Below, piece by piece: positions 41,270 through 51,343 of a stretch of 64,000 nt of DNA. The notes beneath the pieces were generated by a model. The model was not told where the DNA came from. It searched no databases and was given only the letters and a program-made list of their open reading frames with translations. Every line of letters starts with the position of its first letter. The first letter of the stretch is position 1. This DNA comes from Candidatus Rokuibacteriota bacterium. Its GTDB lineage: Bacteria > Methylomirabilota > Methylomirabilia > Rokubacteriales > CSP1-6. The position numbers and the translations under genes are program-made. The stretch spans positions 256,509 through 320,508 of the forward strand of contig JACPIQ010000008.1 in the NCBI GenBank assembly GCA_016188005.1, written 5' to 3'.

Positions 41270-41999
41270 TGGCCAGGCGATCGGCGAGCACCCGCGGCAG
41301 CCCGGCCGCGAGGATCCGCGCGGCGGCGGCGCGATGGTCGTACTCGACCCGTCGGATCGACACGAGGCGCTCTTCCAGGTCCCAGACCGCGTAGGCGGCG
41401 CGCGAGTCCCGGTCCCGCGGCTGGCCGACGCTGCCCACGTTGATCACATAGCGGCGACCCGCCTCGATCCGCACCTCGGCGGGCCAGCCGGTGAACCGCG
41501 CCGCGTGCTCGGCTCCCGCAGGGCCCAGCGACCACACGCCCGGACAGTGCGAGTGGCCCAGGAAGCACAGGGGCGTGCGGAAATCGCCGAACACCTCGAA
41601 GCCGTCCTCGGCCGACATCACGTAGTCCCATCGCTCGGGACACCGCGGGCTGGCGTGCACGAGCGTGGCGTCCTCGACCTGCGCAGTGAGGGGCAGCGAG
41701 CCGAGGTAGCTCCGGAGGCCATCCGAGAGCTGCGCCCCCGTCCAGACCGCGGCCGCCTGGGCCACGGGGTTGAACCAGCGGAGCGACATCAGCCCCAGCG
41801 CCGCGTGCTCGTGGTTGCCCGCGACGACGACAGCCGTCCGCGCCCCCAGCGCTTCCGCGCACGCCACGGGATCGGCACCATAGCCGACGACATCGCCGAG
41901 GCAGATCACGGCGCGGGCTCCCTCGCGTTCTGCGTCGGCGAGCACGGCGGACAGCGCCTGGGCGTTGCCGTGTATGTCTGACAGGACGGCGTAACGGAT
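41259..41999 (-). CDS. metallophosphoesterase (YfcE/MJ0936-like); probable non-canonical ATC start at 41999. The track ORF begins at GTG 41945.
   Basis: In frame upstream of the track start, the DNA encodes (I)RYAVLSDIHGNAQALSAVLADAEREGARAVICLGD, which are motifs I and II of calcineurin-like phosphoesterases. There is no ATG/GTG/TTG between the upstream in-frame TGA and GTG 41945. A GGAG lies 6-7 nt before ATC 41999, 10 nt after the nusB TAG. Confidence 0.6.
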   Translation of the reverse strand: MRYAVLSDIHGNAQALSAVLADAEREGARAVICLGDVVGYGADPVACAEALGARTAVVVAGNHEHAALGLMSLRWFNPVAQAAAVWTGAQLSDGLRSYLGSLPLTAQVEDATLVHASPRCPERWDYVMSAEDGFEVFGDFRTPLCFLGHSHCPGVWSLGPAGAEHAARFTGWPAEVRIEAGRRYVINVGSVGQPRDRDSRAAYAVWDLEERLVSIRRVEYDHRAAAARILAAGLPRVLADRLASGS

Positions 42000-42009
42000 G
42001 GAGGGCTCC

Positions 42010-42426
42010 CTACTCGGGGGCGCGCAGCTCCTCGCGGACCCGGTCCAGCATGCCGTTGATGAACCGGCTCGACTCGCGCGTGCTGAACTTCTTCGCCACC
42101 TCGAGGGCCTCGTTGATCACCACCTTGGGCGGGATGTCGGTGCGCCAGAGAAGCTCGAAGATGCCCTCGCGCAGGATGTTCCGGTCCACCACCGCCATGC
42201 GATCGAGGTCCCAGTTCTCCGCGTACTGGGCGATCACCCCATCGATCTTCCCCTGGTGGAGCTTCGTGCCCCGGACGAGGGACTCGACGAAGGTGCGCAC
42301 CTCGCCGTCCACGGGGTGGCGCGCCCAGAACTCGTCCAGGTAGGGCTCGGGACTGCCCTCGTCCTGCAGATCCAGCTGGTAGAGCAACTGCAGCGCCAGC
42401 TCCCGCGACTTCCGGCGCTTGCCCAT
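42010..42426 (-). CDS. nusB: transcription antitermination factor NusB
   Basis: MGKRRKSRELALQLLYQLDLQ... is the NusB fold. Conserved ribH-nusB pairing. Confidence 0.9.
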   Translation of the reverse strand: MGKRRKSRELALQLLYQLDLQDEGSPEPYLDEFWARHPVDGEVRTFVESLVRGTKLHQGKIDGVIAQYAENWDLDRMAVVDRNILREGIFELLWRTDIPPKVVINEALEVAKKFSTRESSRFINGMLDRVREELRAPE

Positions 42427-42435
42427 GCCCTGCGC

Positions 42436-42942
42436 CTACCTGCGGGGCGATCCGCGGCGCACGCGTGGCAGCCACTCAGCCATCTCGAGAGCCGCCAGGG
42501 CGGCCTCCTCGCCCCGATGGCCCACGGCCCCGCCGGCCCGCTCCCACGCCTGCGCCTCGGTGAGCGCCGTGATGACCCCGAACGTCACCGGCACCCCTGT
42601 CTCGAGGGCCACCTGCCGGATGCCGGCGGCGGTCTCGCGCGAGACATGCTCGAAGTGCGGGGTGCCCCCTCGGATGACGACGCCCAGGCAGGCGATGGCC
42701 GCGTAGCGCCGGCTCCGGGCCAGCGCCAGGGCGGCCTGGGGCAGCTCGAAGGACCCGGGGACCCAGTGGACCTCCACCCGCTCGCCGCCCACGCCGCGCG
42801 CCGCGAGCGCCGCCACGGCCCCGTCCACCAGCGCCTTCGCGATCGCCTCGTGGAAGCGCGAGGCCACGACGGCAAACCGAGCCCGGCCCCGCCCCGCGCG
42901 CGCGCCGAGACCGCTCGGAACTTTCGGGGCGCGCCCGGCCAT
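42436..42942 (-). CDS. ribH: 6,7-dimethyl-8-ribityllumazine synthase
   Basis: ...RFAVVASRFHEAIAKALVDGA...GVPVTFGVIT lumazine synthase motifs. Confidence 0.9.
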   Translation of the reverse strand: MAGRAPKVPSGLGARAGRGRARFAVVASRFHEAIAKALVDGAVAALAARGVGGERVEVHWVPGSFELPQAALALARSRRYAAIACLGVVIRGGTPHFEHVSRETAAGIRQVALETGVPVTFGVITALTEAQAWERAGGAVGHRGEEAALAALEMAEWLPRVRRGSPRR

Positions 42943-42943
42943 C

Positions 42944-44166
<1,223 letters not shown>

Positions 44167-44170
<4 letters not shown>

Positions 44171-44760
44171 ACCGTGTCCCCTCTCAGGCGCAGCGAGCGC
44201 ACCACGTACTTGCCGATCATGTCTGCCTCCAGGTTCACCCGGCTGCCGGGCCCGACAGTGCCCAGCGTCGTGTGCGACAGCGTGTGCGGGATCAGCATGA
44301 CCTCGAAGGCGCGGTCCAGGAGCGCCGCCACTGTCAGGCTCACCCCGTCCACCGCCACCGACCCCTTCGGGATCAGGAGCGGCGTCAGCTTCTCGTCCTG
44401 CCATTCTATCCTGACCCGGGCTGACTCGGCCGTCCGGCGAGTCTCGGTCACGATACCGATCCCGTCGACGTGGCCCAGCACCAGGTGCCCGCCCACGAAT
44501 CCTCCCAGCGCCAGCGGCCGCTCCAGGTTCACCGCATCGCCGGCGCGGAGATCACCCAGCGCCGTCACGGCGAGCGTCTCGGGGCCAAGATCGAAGGCGA
44601 GCCGCCCCGCCCCGCGCTCCACGACCGTGAGGCAGGCGCCGTTGACCGCGACGCTGCCGCCGATCTCGCTGCCCTCCAGGACCCGCTCTGCCCCGACGGA
44701 GAGCCGCGGGCCCTCGAGGCTGACGACCCGCCCCAGCTCCTCCACGATTCCCGTGAACAC
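44167..44760 (-). CDS. ribE: riboflavin synthase alpha subunit
   Basis: [12 protein letters not shown]... two lumazine-binding repeats. GTG start. Confidence 0.9.
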
Positions 44761-44761
44761 C

Positions 44762-45901
44762 TCAGCCTCGCCTCTCCCGGGCCGCCACCTCCCCCTCGAT
44801 CAGCCAGTCCTCTCCCACGGCGCGCACCCGCACCGAGCGCAGCCGGACCGCGGAGCCCAGCCTCCGCCCGGCACCCTCGACGGGCGTCGGGGCGCTCCGG
44901 CCGCCGATCAGCATCGGGGCCACGAAGAAGGCGACCCGGTCCACCAGCTGGGCCTCGAGGAACGCCGCCGCGAGCTCTCCGCCGCCCTCGACGAGCACGC
45001 CCAGCACGTCGAGCCCCCACAGACGGGCGCACAGATCCGCCAGGTCGACCCGACCGTTCTCTGCCTTGCACGCGACCACCGTCGCGCCGCAGGCCTCGAG
45101 CGCGGCCACCCGATCGGGCGGCGCCTGCCCCGTCACGGCCACCAGCGCGCGAGCCGGCGCGCCCGCCCGGATCACCCGCGCCGCGACGGGAAGGCGGGCG
45201 TGACTGTCCACAACGACCCGCCACGGCTCCCGCGGCCACTCCCACCCGAGCCGCACGGTCAGCGCCGGATCGTCGGCCAGCGCCGTCCCGATGCCCACGA
45301 CGACCGCGTCGGCCTCGCTCCTGAGCCGGTGCGCTTCCCGCCGCGCCTCCTCACCCGTGATCCAGCGTGACGAACGGTCCACGGCGGCGATCTTGCCGTC
45401 GAGCGTCATCGCGCACTTCAGGGTGACGTGGGGCCGGCGCTCCCGCATCGCGGTGAGAAAGACGTGGTTCAGCGCGCTCGCCTCCTCGGCAAGACACCCC
45501 ATCTCCACTGCCACGCCCGCCGCGCGGAGGGCCTGGGCGCCGCCTCCTGCGCGGGAATTCGGATCCTCCACGGCAGCCACGACCCGGGCCAGCCCGGCCG
45601 CGACGATGGCCGCCGCGCATGGTGGCGTCCTGCCGTGGTGGGTGCAGGGCTCGAGGCTGACGTAGAGCGTCGCGCCGCGAGCCGCGGTCCCGGCCTGCGC
45701 CAGCGCCACCACCTCCGCGTGGGGCGCGCCGGCCCGGACGTGGTGGCCCTCACCCACGGGGCATCCGTCGCGCACCACCACCGCGCCCACCATCGGGTTG
45801 GGCGATGTCCGCCCTCTGCCCAGAGCGGCCAGCTCCAGCGCGCGCGCCATCCACTTCCGGTCCTCGCTGGGGTCAGCGCCGAGCGGCACAGGGGCTGTCA
45901 T
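44762..45901 (-). CDS. ribD: bifunctional diaminohydroxyphosphoribosylaminopyrimidine deaminase / 5-amino-6-(5-phosphoribosylamino)uracil reductase
   Basis: Deaminase HAE...PCxxC motif (APHAEVVAL...EPCTHHGRTPPC) plus a reductase domain. Trimmed to the ATG at 45901 (ATGA overlap with the ftsY stop). The upstream 154 codons are a read-through of ftsY. Confidence 0.9.
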   Translation of the reverse strand: MTAPVPLGADPSEDRKWMARALELAALGRGRTSPNPMVGAVVVRDGCPVGEGHHVRAGAPHAEVVALAQAGTAARGATLYVSLEPCTHHGRTPPCAAAIVAAGLARVVAAVEDPNSRAGGGAQALRAAGVAVEMGCLAEEASALNHVFLTAMRERRPHVTLKCAMTLDGKIAAVDRSSRWITGEEARREAHRLRSEADAVVVGIGTALADDPALTVRLGWEWPREPWRVVVDSHARLPVAARVIRAGAPARALVAVTGQAPPDRVAALEACGATVVACKAENGRVDLADLCARLWGLDVLGVLVEGGGELAAAFLEAQLVDRVAFFVAPMLIGGRSAPTPVEGAGRRLGSAVRLRSVRVRAVGEDWLIEGEVAARERRG

Positions 45902-46824
45902 GGCTCCGGCAGAAGCCCCGACACGAACACCTTGGCGTCGAAGGGCTGGAGGTCCTCCACCCGCTCGCCGACGCCCACCAGCTTGATGGGCAGCCCGAGC
46001 TCCTGGTGGATGCGGACCACGATGCCTCCCTTCGCGGTCCCGTCGAGCTTGGTGAGCACGAGCCCGGTGAGCCCGACCGCTTCGTGGAAGAGCCGGGCCT
46101 GCGCCAGCCCGTTCTGGCCGGTGGGCGCCTCGAGCACCATGAGGCATTCCTGCGGCGCCCCCGGGAGCTGCCGGGACACCACGCGCTTGAGCTTGACGAG
46201 CTCGTCCATGAGGTTCGACTTGGTGTGAAGCCGCCCCGCCGTGTCCACCAGCAGCACATCCGCCTCCCTGGCCGCGGCTGCCTTGACGGCATCGAATACC
46301 ACCGCGGCGGGGTCCGCTCCTGCTCCTTGCCGCACCACCTCCGCCTTCGCGCGGCGGCCCCACTCCTCCAGCTGCTCGATGGCGGCGGCGCGGAAGGTGT
46401 CCGCGGCTGCGAGGATCACCCTCCGTCCCGAGGCCACGAGCGCCGCCGCGAGCTTGCCGGTGGTCGTCGTCTTGCCGGCGCCGTTGACGCCGAGCATGAG
46501 GATGACGGCCAGCTTCGCGTCCAGGTTGAGGGGCGCCGCTGCCCGCTCCAGCGTCTCCTCCAGGAAGCGGCGCAGCAGCCTTCGCACCTCGGCGCCGGTC
46601 ACGGCGCGCCCACGCTCGGCCTCTCCCCGCAGGCGCTGGACGAAGGCCGAGGCCGTCGCGGCGCCGAGGTCGCCGGCCAGCAGCATCTCCTCGAGATCCT
46701 CGAGGAGGGCGTCGTCCAGGGGCCGCCCCACCGACAGCAGCGTGTCGAGCCCCGTATCGAGGAGCTCGCGGGAGCGCCGCAGGCCTTCCCGGACCCGGTC
46801 GGTGAGCGCACCGAAGAAGCTCAA
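45898..46824 (-). CDS. ftsY: signal recognition particle receptor FtsY (short NG-domain-only form)
   Basis: (M)SFFGALTDRVREGLRRSRELL aligns with the N-terminus of short FtsY proteins. G1 box GVNGAGKTTT and the DTAGR motif are present. The TTG start at 46824 overlaps the rodZ TGA (TTGA). Confidence 0.85.
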   Translation of the reverse strand: MSFFGALTDRVREGLRRSRELLDTGLDTLLSVGRPLDDALLEDLEEMLLAGDLGAATASAFVQRLRGEAERGRAVTGAEVRRLLRRFLEETLERAAAPLNLDAKLAVILMLGVNGAGKTTTTGKLAAALVASGRRVILAAADTFRAAAIEQLEEWGRRAKAEVVRQGAGADPAAVVFDAVKAAAAREADVLLVDTAGRLHTKSNLMDELVKLKRVVSRQLPGAPQECLMVLEAPTGQNGLAQARLFHEAVGLTGLVLTKLDGTAKGGIVVRIHQELGLPIKLVGVGERVEDLQPFDAKVFVSGLLPEP

Positions 46825-47606
46825 GAGCCGGAGGCCGCCATTCCCTGGGGAAGCACCAGCTCCCGGATCACCGCGCCACGGGCGCCCAGGGGGGGCAGGG
46901 CTTGGCCGTTGAGCTCCAGCTCGAGCCCTCCGGCATTGCCCACGGTCAGCACGAACCGCTCCCGGGCACTCCATTCGCGCGTGGCCCCGGAGGGCAGGAG
47001 CTCCTGCACCGACCCGCCCCCGTCCATCTGGACCTTGATCCACGTGGGCTCGATGGCCCGGACGACCAGCCGCTGGCTGCTCCGCGGCGCACCCGGCCCG
47101 CTGCCCGCGGCGGCCACGGGAGCCAGCTCCGGCAGGCTGGGCGCCGGCTGCTCCCCCTGCGGACCGGGACGCGGGCTTGGGGCCAGGTCGCTCTGCCCCA
47201 CCGGCACGGCGGGCGCTGGGCTCTCTGGACCAGATCTCGCCCGGAACCCGACGTTGACGATGAGAAGCACTCCACCCAGGAGAAGCAGCAACGCGAAGCT
47301 GACCGCCACGGGTCCCCGGCTCCAGGCCGAATTCCCCGAGTGCTCCGTAGCCATTGTCTGGGCGGGACTGCTGTGGCGAACGAGATCGCCGTACCGCGCC
47401 AGCGCATCGTCCGGTGCCACCTGAAGGAAGCCACAGTAGGCGCGAATGAACCCTTTGACGAACACGGGCGCCGGCAGTTCCGCGAGCTCTTCGGCCTCCA
47501 GCGCCTCGAGATGGCGCTTTCCGACGCGCGTGGCGCGGGCCATCTCGTCCAGGGACACCCCCCTGGACTGGCGGATCTCACGAAGAAGAAGACCCAGCGT
47601 TCCCAT
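46821..47606 (-). CDS. rodZ: RodZ-like cytoskeleton protein (HTH_XRE domain, TM, periplasmic DUF4115)
   Basis: MGTLGLLLREIRQSRGVSLDEMARATRVGKRHLEALE is an HTH. A TM segment VAVSFALLLLLGGVLLIV follows, then a Pro-rich linker and a C-terminal beta domain. The start is chosen at the ATG 47606; the TTG at 47654 is an alternative. Confidence 0.65.
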   Translation of the reverse strand: MGTLGLLLREIRQSRGVSLDEMARATRVGKRHLEALEAEELAELPAPVFVKGFIRAYCGFLQVAPDDALARYGDLVRHSSPAQTMATEHSGNSAWSRGPVAVSFALLLLLGGVLLIVNVGFRARSGPESPAPAVPVGQSDLAPSPRPGPQGEQPAPSLPELAPVAAAGSGPGAPRSSQRLVVRAIEPTWIKVQMDGGGSVQELLPSGATREWSARERFVLTVGNAGGLELELNGQALPPLGARGAVIRELVLPQGMAASGS

Positions 47607-47667
47607 CACCCGGAGCCCAGGGGGAGTGTAAGCCTGGCGGAGCGGAAAAGTCAACTAGGGAGGGCAG

Positions 47668-50600
47668 TTACGCTTCAGCGAGCTTCACCGAGACCAGACG
47701 GGACAGTCCGGGCTCTTCCATGGTCACGCCGTACAGCACATCGGCGGCTTCCATGGTCTTCCGGTTGTGCGTGATGACGATGAACTGCGTGTGGGAGCAC
47801 AGCTCCCGGAGCACGCGGAGGAAGCGATGGATGTTGGCGTCGTCGAGGGGCGCATCCACCTCGTCGAGGACGCAGAAGGGGCTGGGGCGATAATAGAAGA
47901 TGGCAAAGAGCAAGGCCAGGCCCGTCAGCGCCTTCTCTCCCCCGGACATGAGGCTCACCGCCTGGAGCCGCTTGCCGCGCGGCTGGGCCATGAGCTCCAC
48001 GCCGAGCTCCAGCGGGTCGTCCTCGCCCTCCCCCGCCTCGACCATTCGAAGCTCCGCGCGTCCCCCTTCGAAGAGGCGCGCGAAGATGTCGGAGAAGTGC
48101 CGGTTGATCCCGTCGAAGGCCTCGTGGAAGCGCTCCTGCGCCGTCCCCGTCATCCGTCGGATGGCCTTTTCAAGATCCTTGACGGAGGCCACGAGATCGT
48201 CGTGCTGCGTGCGGAGGAAGCTGATCCGCTCCTCGAGCTCCCGGTACTCCTCGTCGGCCACGAGGTTCACGGCGCCCATGGCATCGAGCCGGGCTCCGAG
48301 GTCGTCGTGCCGGGCCTTGAGCGACGCCACGTCGGCTGAGGGGTCGTGGGCGGCCAGAAGGGCGTCCCGACCCTCCACCCCGTGACTGCGACGCGCCTCC
48401 TGGAGCAGCTCCTCGCGCCGCACGCGCCCCTCGGTCTCATCGAGCTCGAGCTCGTGCACGCGCCCGATCAGCCGCTGGCGCTCCAGTTCCGCACCCCGCA
48501 GCTCTGCCTCGATGGTCCGGCATCGCGCGGCGCGCTCCTCCCGCTCCTCGGCCGCAACGCGCACCTGGGCCTCGAGGCGGTCCCGCTCGACGACGGCCTC
48601 GCGCGCGCGCGCATCCACCCGCTCGGCCTCCTGGGCCAGCTCTACCCGCCGCTCCTCCATCTGGGCGCGCCGCAGCGTCGACCGTTCCAGGCGGGCGGCC
48701 GCCTCGACGTCGAGCTCCTGCAGCCGGTCGAGATCCCCTGCCAGGGCCTCGACCCGCTCCGTCACCGCGGCGAGATCTACGCGGCAGGCCGTGAGGTCGT
48801 CCGCCAGCATCCCGTCCTCCCGCTGCGCGACCTCGACGCTCTCGCGCACCGCTTCCATCTCCCTCTCGAGCGCAGCCTGCGTCTCGCGGACGCCTCCCAG
48901 CGCAGCGTCCACCTCGTCGCAGCGCGCGATGGTCTCCGCCTGCTCCCGTTCCAGGTGCAGGCCCTCCGCGTCGACCGTCTCGAGATGACGCCGGTTCTTC
49001 TCCTCGTCCCGCGCCGTGGCCTCGAGGTCCTTGCTCCCGGCCACGCGCACCGCCTCCTGCGCCTGGAGCGAGGAGCGGAGCCCCGCCTCCCGGAAGCGCA
49101 GCGCTTGCATGTCGGCCTCCATGGCGTCGAGCAGGCCCCGCTGGAGGGAGGCGTCGCGCGCCAGAGCCTCGACTTCGTCGCGTAGCTGCCTGATGGACCC
49201 CTTGCGCCGGAGGATGGAGTGGTCGCGCTCCCCGTTTTCGCCGTCGCGCCGTCCGCCCGTCAACCGGCCCGCGGGAGAGAGGACCTCGCCGGATGGCGTG
49301 ACGTAAGTCGCCACCACGCCATTGCGCCGCCACAGGGCCTCGGCCTGATCCAGGTGAGCGACGATGCCCACGCGCCCCAGCAGGTAGCGCAGCAGCGCGG
49401 GATGCGGGCCTCCGACGAGCCCGACCGCTCCGCGCACCTCCTCCGAGTCCTCGAAGGCGCCGCCGTCGGCGGGCAGCGTCTCGAGCGGCAGGAAGGTCGC
49501 GGCGCCGGCGCCCTCGCGCTCCAGGTAGCCCAGCGCGGCCCGGGCGTGCTCGAAACGCTCCACCACCACCCACTGGAGACGATCGCCCAGGACGCCTTCC
49601 ACGGCGGTCTCGAGCCCCGACGGCACTTCCAGGAGATCGGCCACCGTGCCGAGCACGCCGCGGAGCGCGACGCCACCCTCTGCGAAGATCGCGCGGACGC
49701 CAGCGCCGTACCCCTCGCGCTCACGCTCGAGGAGCGTGAGCGCGTCCAGCTGTGACTGCCGGCCCGCCAGCGCCAGGCGCAGGTCCGCCACGGTGGCCTG
49801 CATGTGCGCTCGGAGCGCCTCCCGCTCCGCGAGCTCGGCCGCGATCTGCTGCTGCTCCGCCTCGAGGAGCGACAGCTGCTCGCCGGTCCGATGGTGCTGC
49901 TCCTCGAGGCGCCCGCGCGAGGCGGCCAGGCGTCCGGCTTCGGCCCGGGCCTCCTCGAGCTCAGCCTCGAGCCGCTCCAGCCCCCGCTGGAGGTTGAGGG
50001 CACGCTCCCGCAGCTCCCCGGCCTCGCGCGTGAGCTCGGCACGTCGCCCGGCGGCCTTCACCTGCTCGAGCCGGAGGCCTTCCTGCCGGCCCCGCATCCC
50101 GGCGAGCCGCTCCCGGCTCTCCGCGAGCAGAGCTTCCAACTCCTGCAGGCGCCGCCCCTTCTCGGCGTGGCGCTGCTGCCCCTCTCGGAGCTCCCGCGTC
50201 TTCTCCTCCCGCTCGACGCCCAGGTCCCGCTGGCGCTCGCCGATGCTCCGCATCTCCTCGGCGAGCCGGATGTCCTCGTCCCCGATCTCCCGCAGCTGCG
50301 CGCCGATGTGGTCGCGCCGCTCGATCAGCCGCGCGGCCTCGAGCTGGACCTTCTGGACGGACTGCCCGAGGTCGGCGAGCCGGTACTCCACCTCCTGGAC
50401 CGCCGCCCGTTGCGTCACCTCCTGCGCGCCGAGGACGGCGATCAGGCCCTGGCGCTCCTCCATCGCTGCCTGCAGCTGCGCCAGCTCCGCGGCCACCGCC
50501 TCGTGCCGGGTCGCGAGCGCCGCGAAGTCGGCGGCCACCTTGGCCAGCGCCAGCGCCTGCCTCTCCTGATGGAGTGCCTTGTACTGCTGGGCCTTCCGCG

Positions 50601-51222
50601 CCTGGCGCTCGAGCGAGGCGAGCTGGCGCCGCTCGGTGTCCATCACGTCGCGCACCCGCTGGAGGTTCTGCCGCGTCGCCTCGAGCTTTCCCTGGGCCTC
50701 CGCGCGCTGCTGCTTGTACCGCGCGATCCCCGCCGCCTCCTCGATGAAGGCGCGGCGCTCCCAGGGCTGCGCCGTCAGCACGTGGTTCAGGCGCTCCTGG
50801 TCCATGAGCGCATAGGCCTTGGGATTGACGCCGGTCCCGGCGAAGAGATCCTGCAGTTCCCGCAGGCGGCAGACGTTCTTGTTGAGCAGGTACTCGCTGT
50901 CGCCAGTGCGGTAGAGGCGGCGGGCGACGCTCACCTCGCTCCAGGGAACGCTGAGCGTGCCGTCGTTGTCGAACACGAGGCTCACCTCGGCCATGCCGAC
51001 CGACTTCCGGGAGGCCGAGCCGTGGAAGATCACGTCCTCCATCCGGTGGCCGCGGAGGGTCTTCGGGCTCTGCTCGCCAAGGGCCCAGCGGATGGCGTCG
51101 GCGACATTGGACTTCCCGCAGCCATTGGGACCGACGATGCAGGTGATGCCGGGCAGCACGCGGACCTCCACCTTCTCCGCGAAGGACTTGAAGCCGTGGA
51201 TGACGATCTGTTGGAGCCGCAT
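47668..51222 (-). CDS. smc: chromosome segregation protein SMC
   Basis: 1184 aa with Walker A GPNGCGKSN at the N-terminus, long coiled coils, a hinge, and C-terminal signature LSGGEKALTGLAL with Walker B. Confidence 0.95.
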   Translation of the reverse strand: MRLQQIVIHGFKSFAEKVEVRVLPGITCIVGPNGCGKSNVADAIRWALGEQSPKTLRGHRMEDVIFHGSASRKSVGMAEVSLVFDNDGTLSVPWSEVSVARRLYRTGDSEYLLNKNVCRLRELQDLFAGTGVNPKAYALMDQERLNHVLTAQPWERRAFIEEAAGIARYKQQRAEAQGKLEATRQNLQRVRDVMDTERRQLASLERQARKAQQYKALHQERQALALAKVAADFAALATRHEAVAAELAQLQAAMEERQGLIAVLGAQEVTQRAAVQEVEYRLADLGQSVQKVQLEAARLIERRDHIGAQLREIGDEDIRLAEEMRSIGERQRDLGVEREEKTRELREGQQRHAEKGRRLQELEALLAESRERLAGMRGRQEGLRLEQVKAAGRRAELTREAGELRERALNLQRGLERLEAELEEARAEAGRLAASRGRLEEQHHRTGEQLSLLEAEQQQIAAELAEREALRAHMQATVADLRLALAGRQSQLDALTLLEREREGYGAGVRAIFAEGGVALRGVLGTVADLLEVPSGLETAVEGVLGDRLQWVVVERFEHARAALGYLEREGAGAATFLPLETLPADGGAFEDSEEVRGAVGLVGGPHPALLRYLLGRVGIVAHLDQAEALWRRNGVVATYVTPSGEVLSPAGRLTGGRRDGENGERDHSILRRKGSIRQLRDEVEALARDASLQRGLLDAMEADMQALRFREAGLRSSLQAQEAVRVAGSKDLEATARDEEKNRRHLETVDAEGLHLEREQAETIARCDEVDAALGGVRETQAALEREMEAVRESVEVAQREDGMLADDLTACRVDLAAVTERVEALAGDLDRLQELDVEAAARLERSTLRRAQMEERRVELAQEAERVDARAREAVVERDRLEAQVRVAAEEREERAARCRTIEAELRGAELERQRLIGRVHELELDETEGRVRREELLQEARRSHGVEGRDALLAAHDPSADVASLKARHDDLGARLDAMGAVNLVADEEYRELEERISFLRTQHDDLVASVKDLEKAIRRMTGTAQERFHEAFDGINRHFSDIFARLFEGGRAELRMVEAGEGEDDPLELGVELMAQPRGKRLQAVSLMSGGEKALTGLALLFAIFYYRPSPFCVLDEVDAPLDDANIHRFLRVLRELCSHTQFIVITHNRKTMEAADVLYGVTMEEPGLSRLVSVKLAEA

Positions 51223-51274
51223 CGTGCACCCCGCCGGGGCTTACTTACGAGTACCACAGGCTTCCACTGGGGCA

Positions 51275-51300
51275 AAGAAAAAAACCCCACGCCTGGGGGA
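51275..51300 (-). terminator. intrinsic (rho-independent) terminator downstream of secA
   Basis: The minus strand reads CCCCAGGCGTGGGG (5-bp GC stem, 4-nt loop) followed by TTTTTTTCTTTG. It lies in the 121-nt secA-smc gap, the largest intergenic gap inside the window. Confidence 0.5.
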
Positions 51301-51343
51301 GGGGGGCCGGAAGGCTACCAGATATGGGCCGTGGCCGGAGCGG

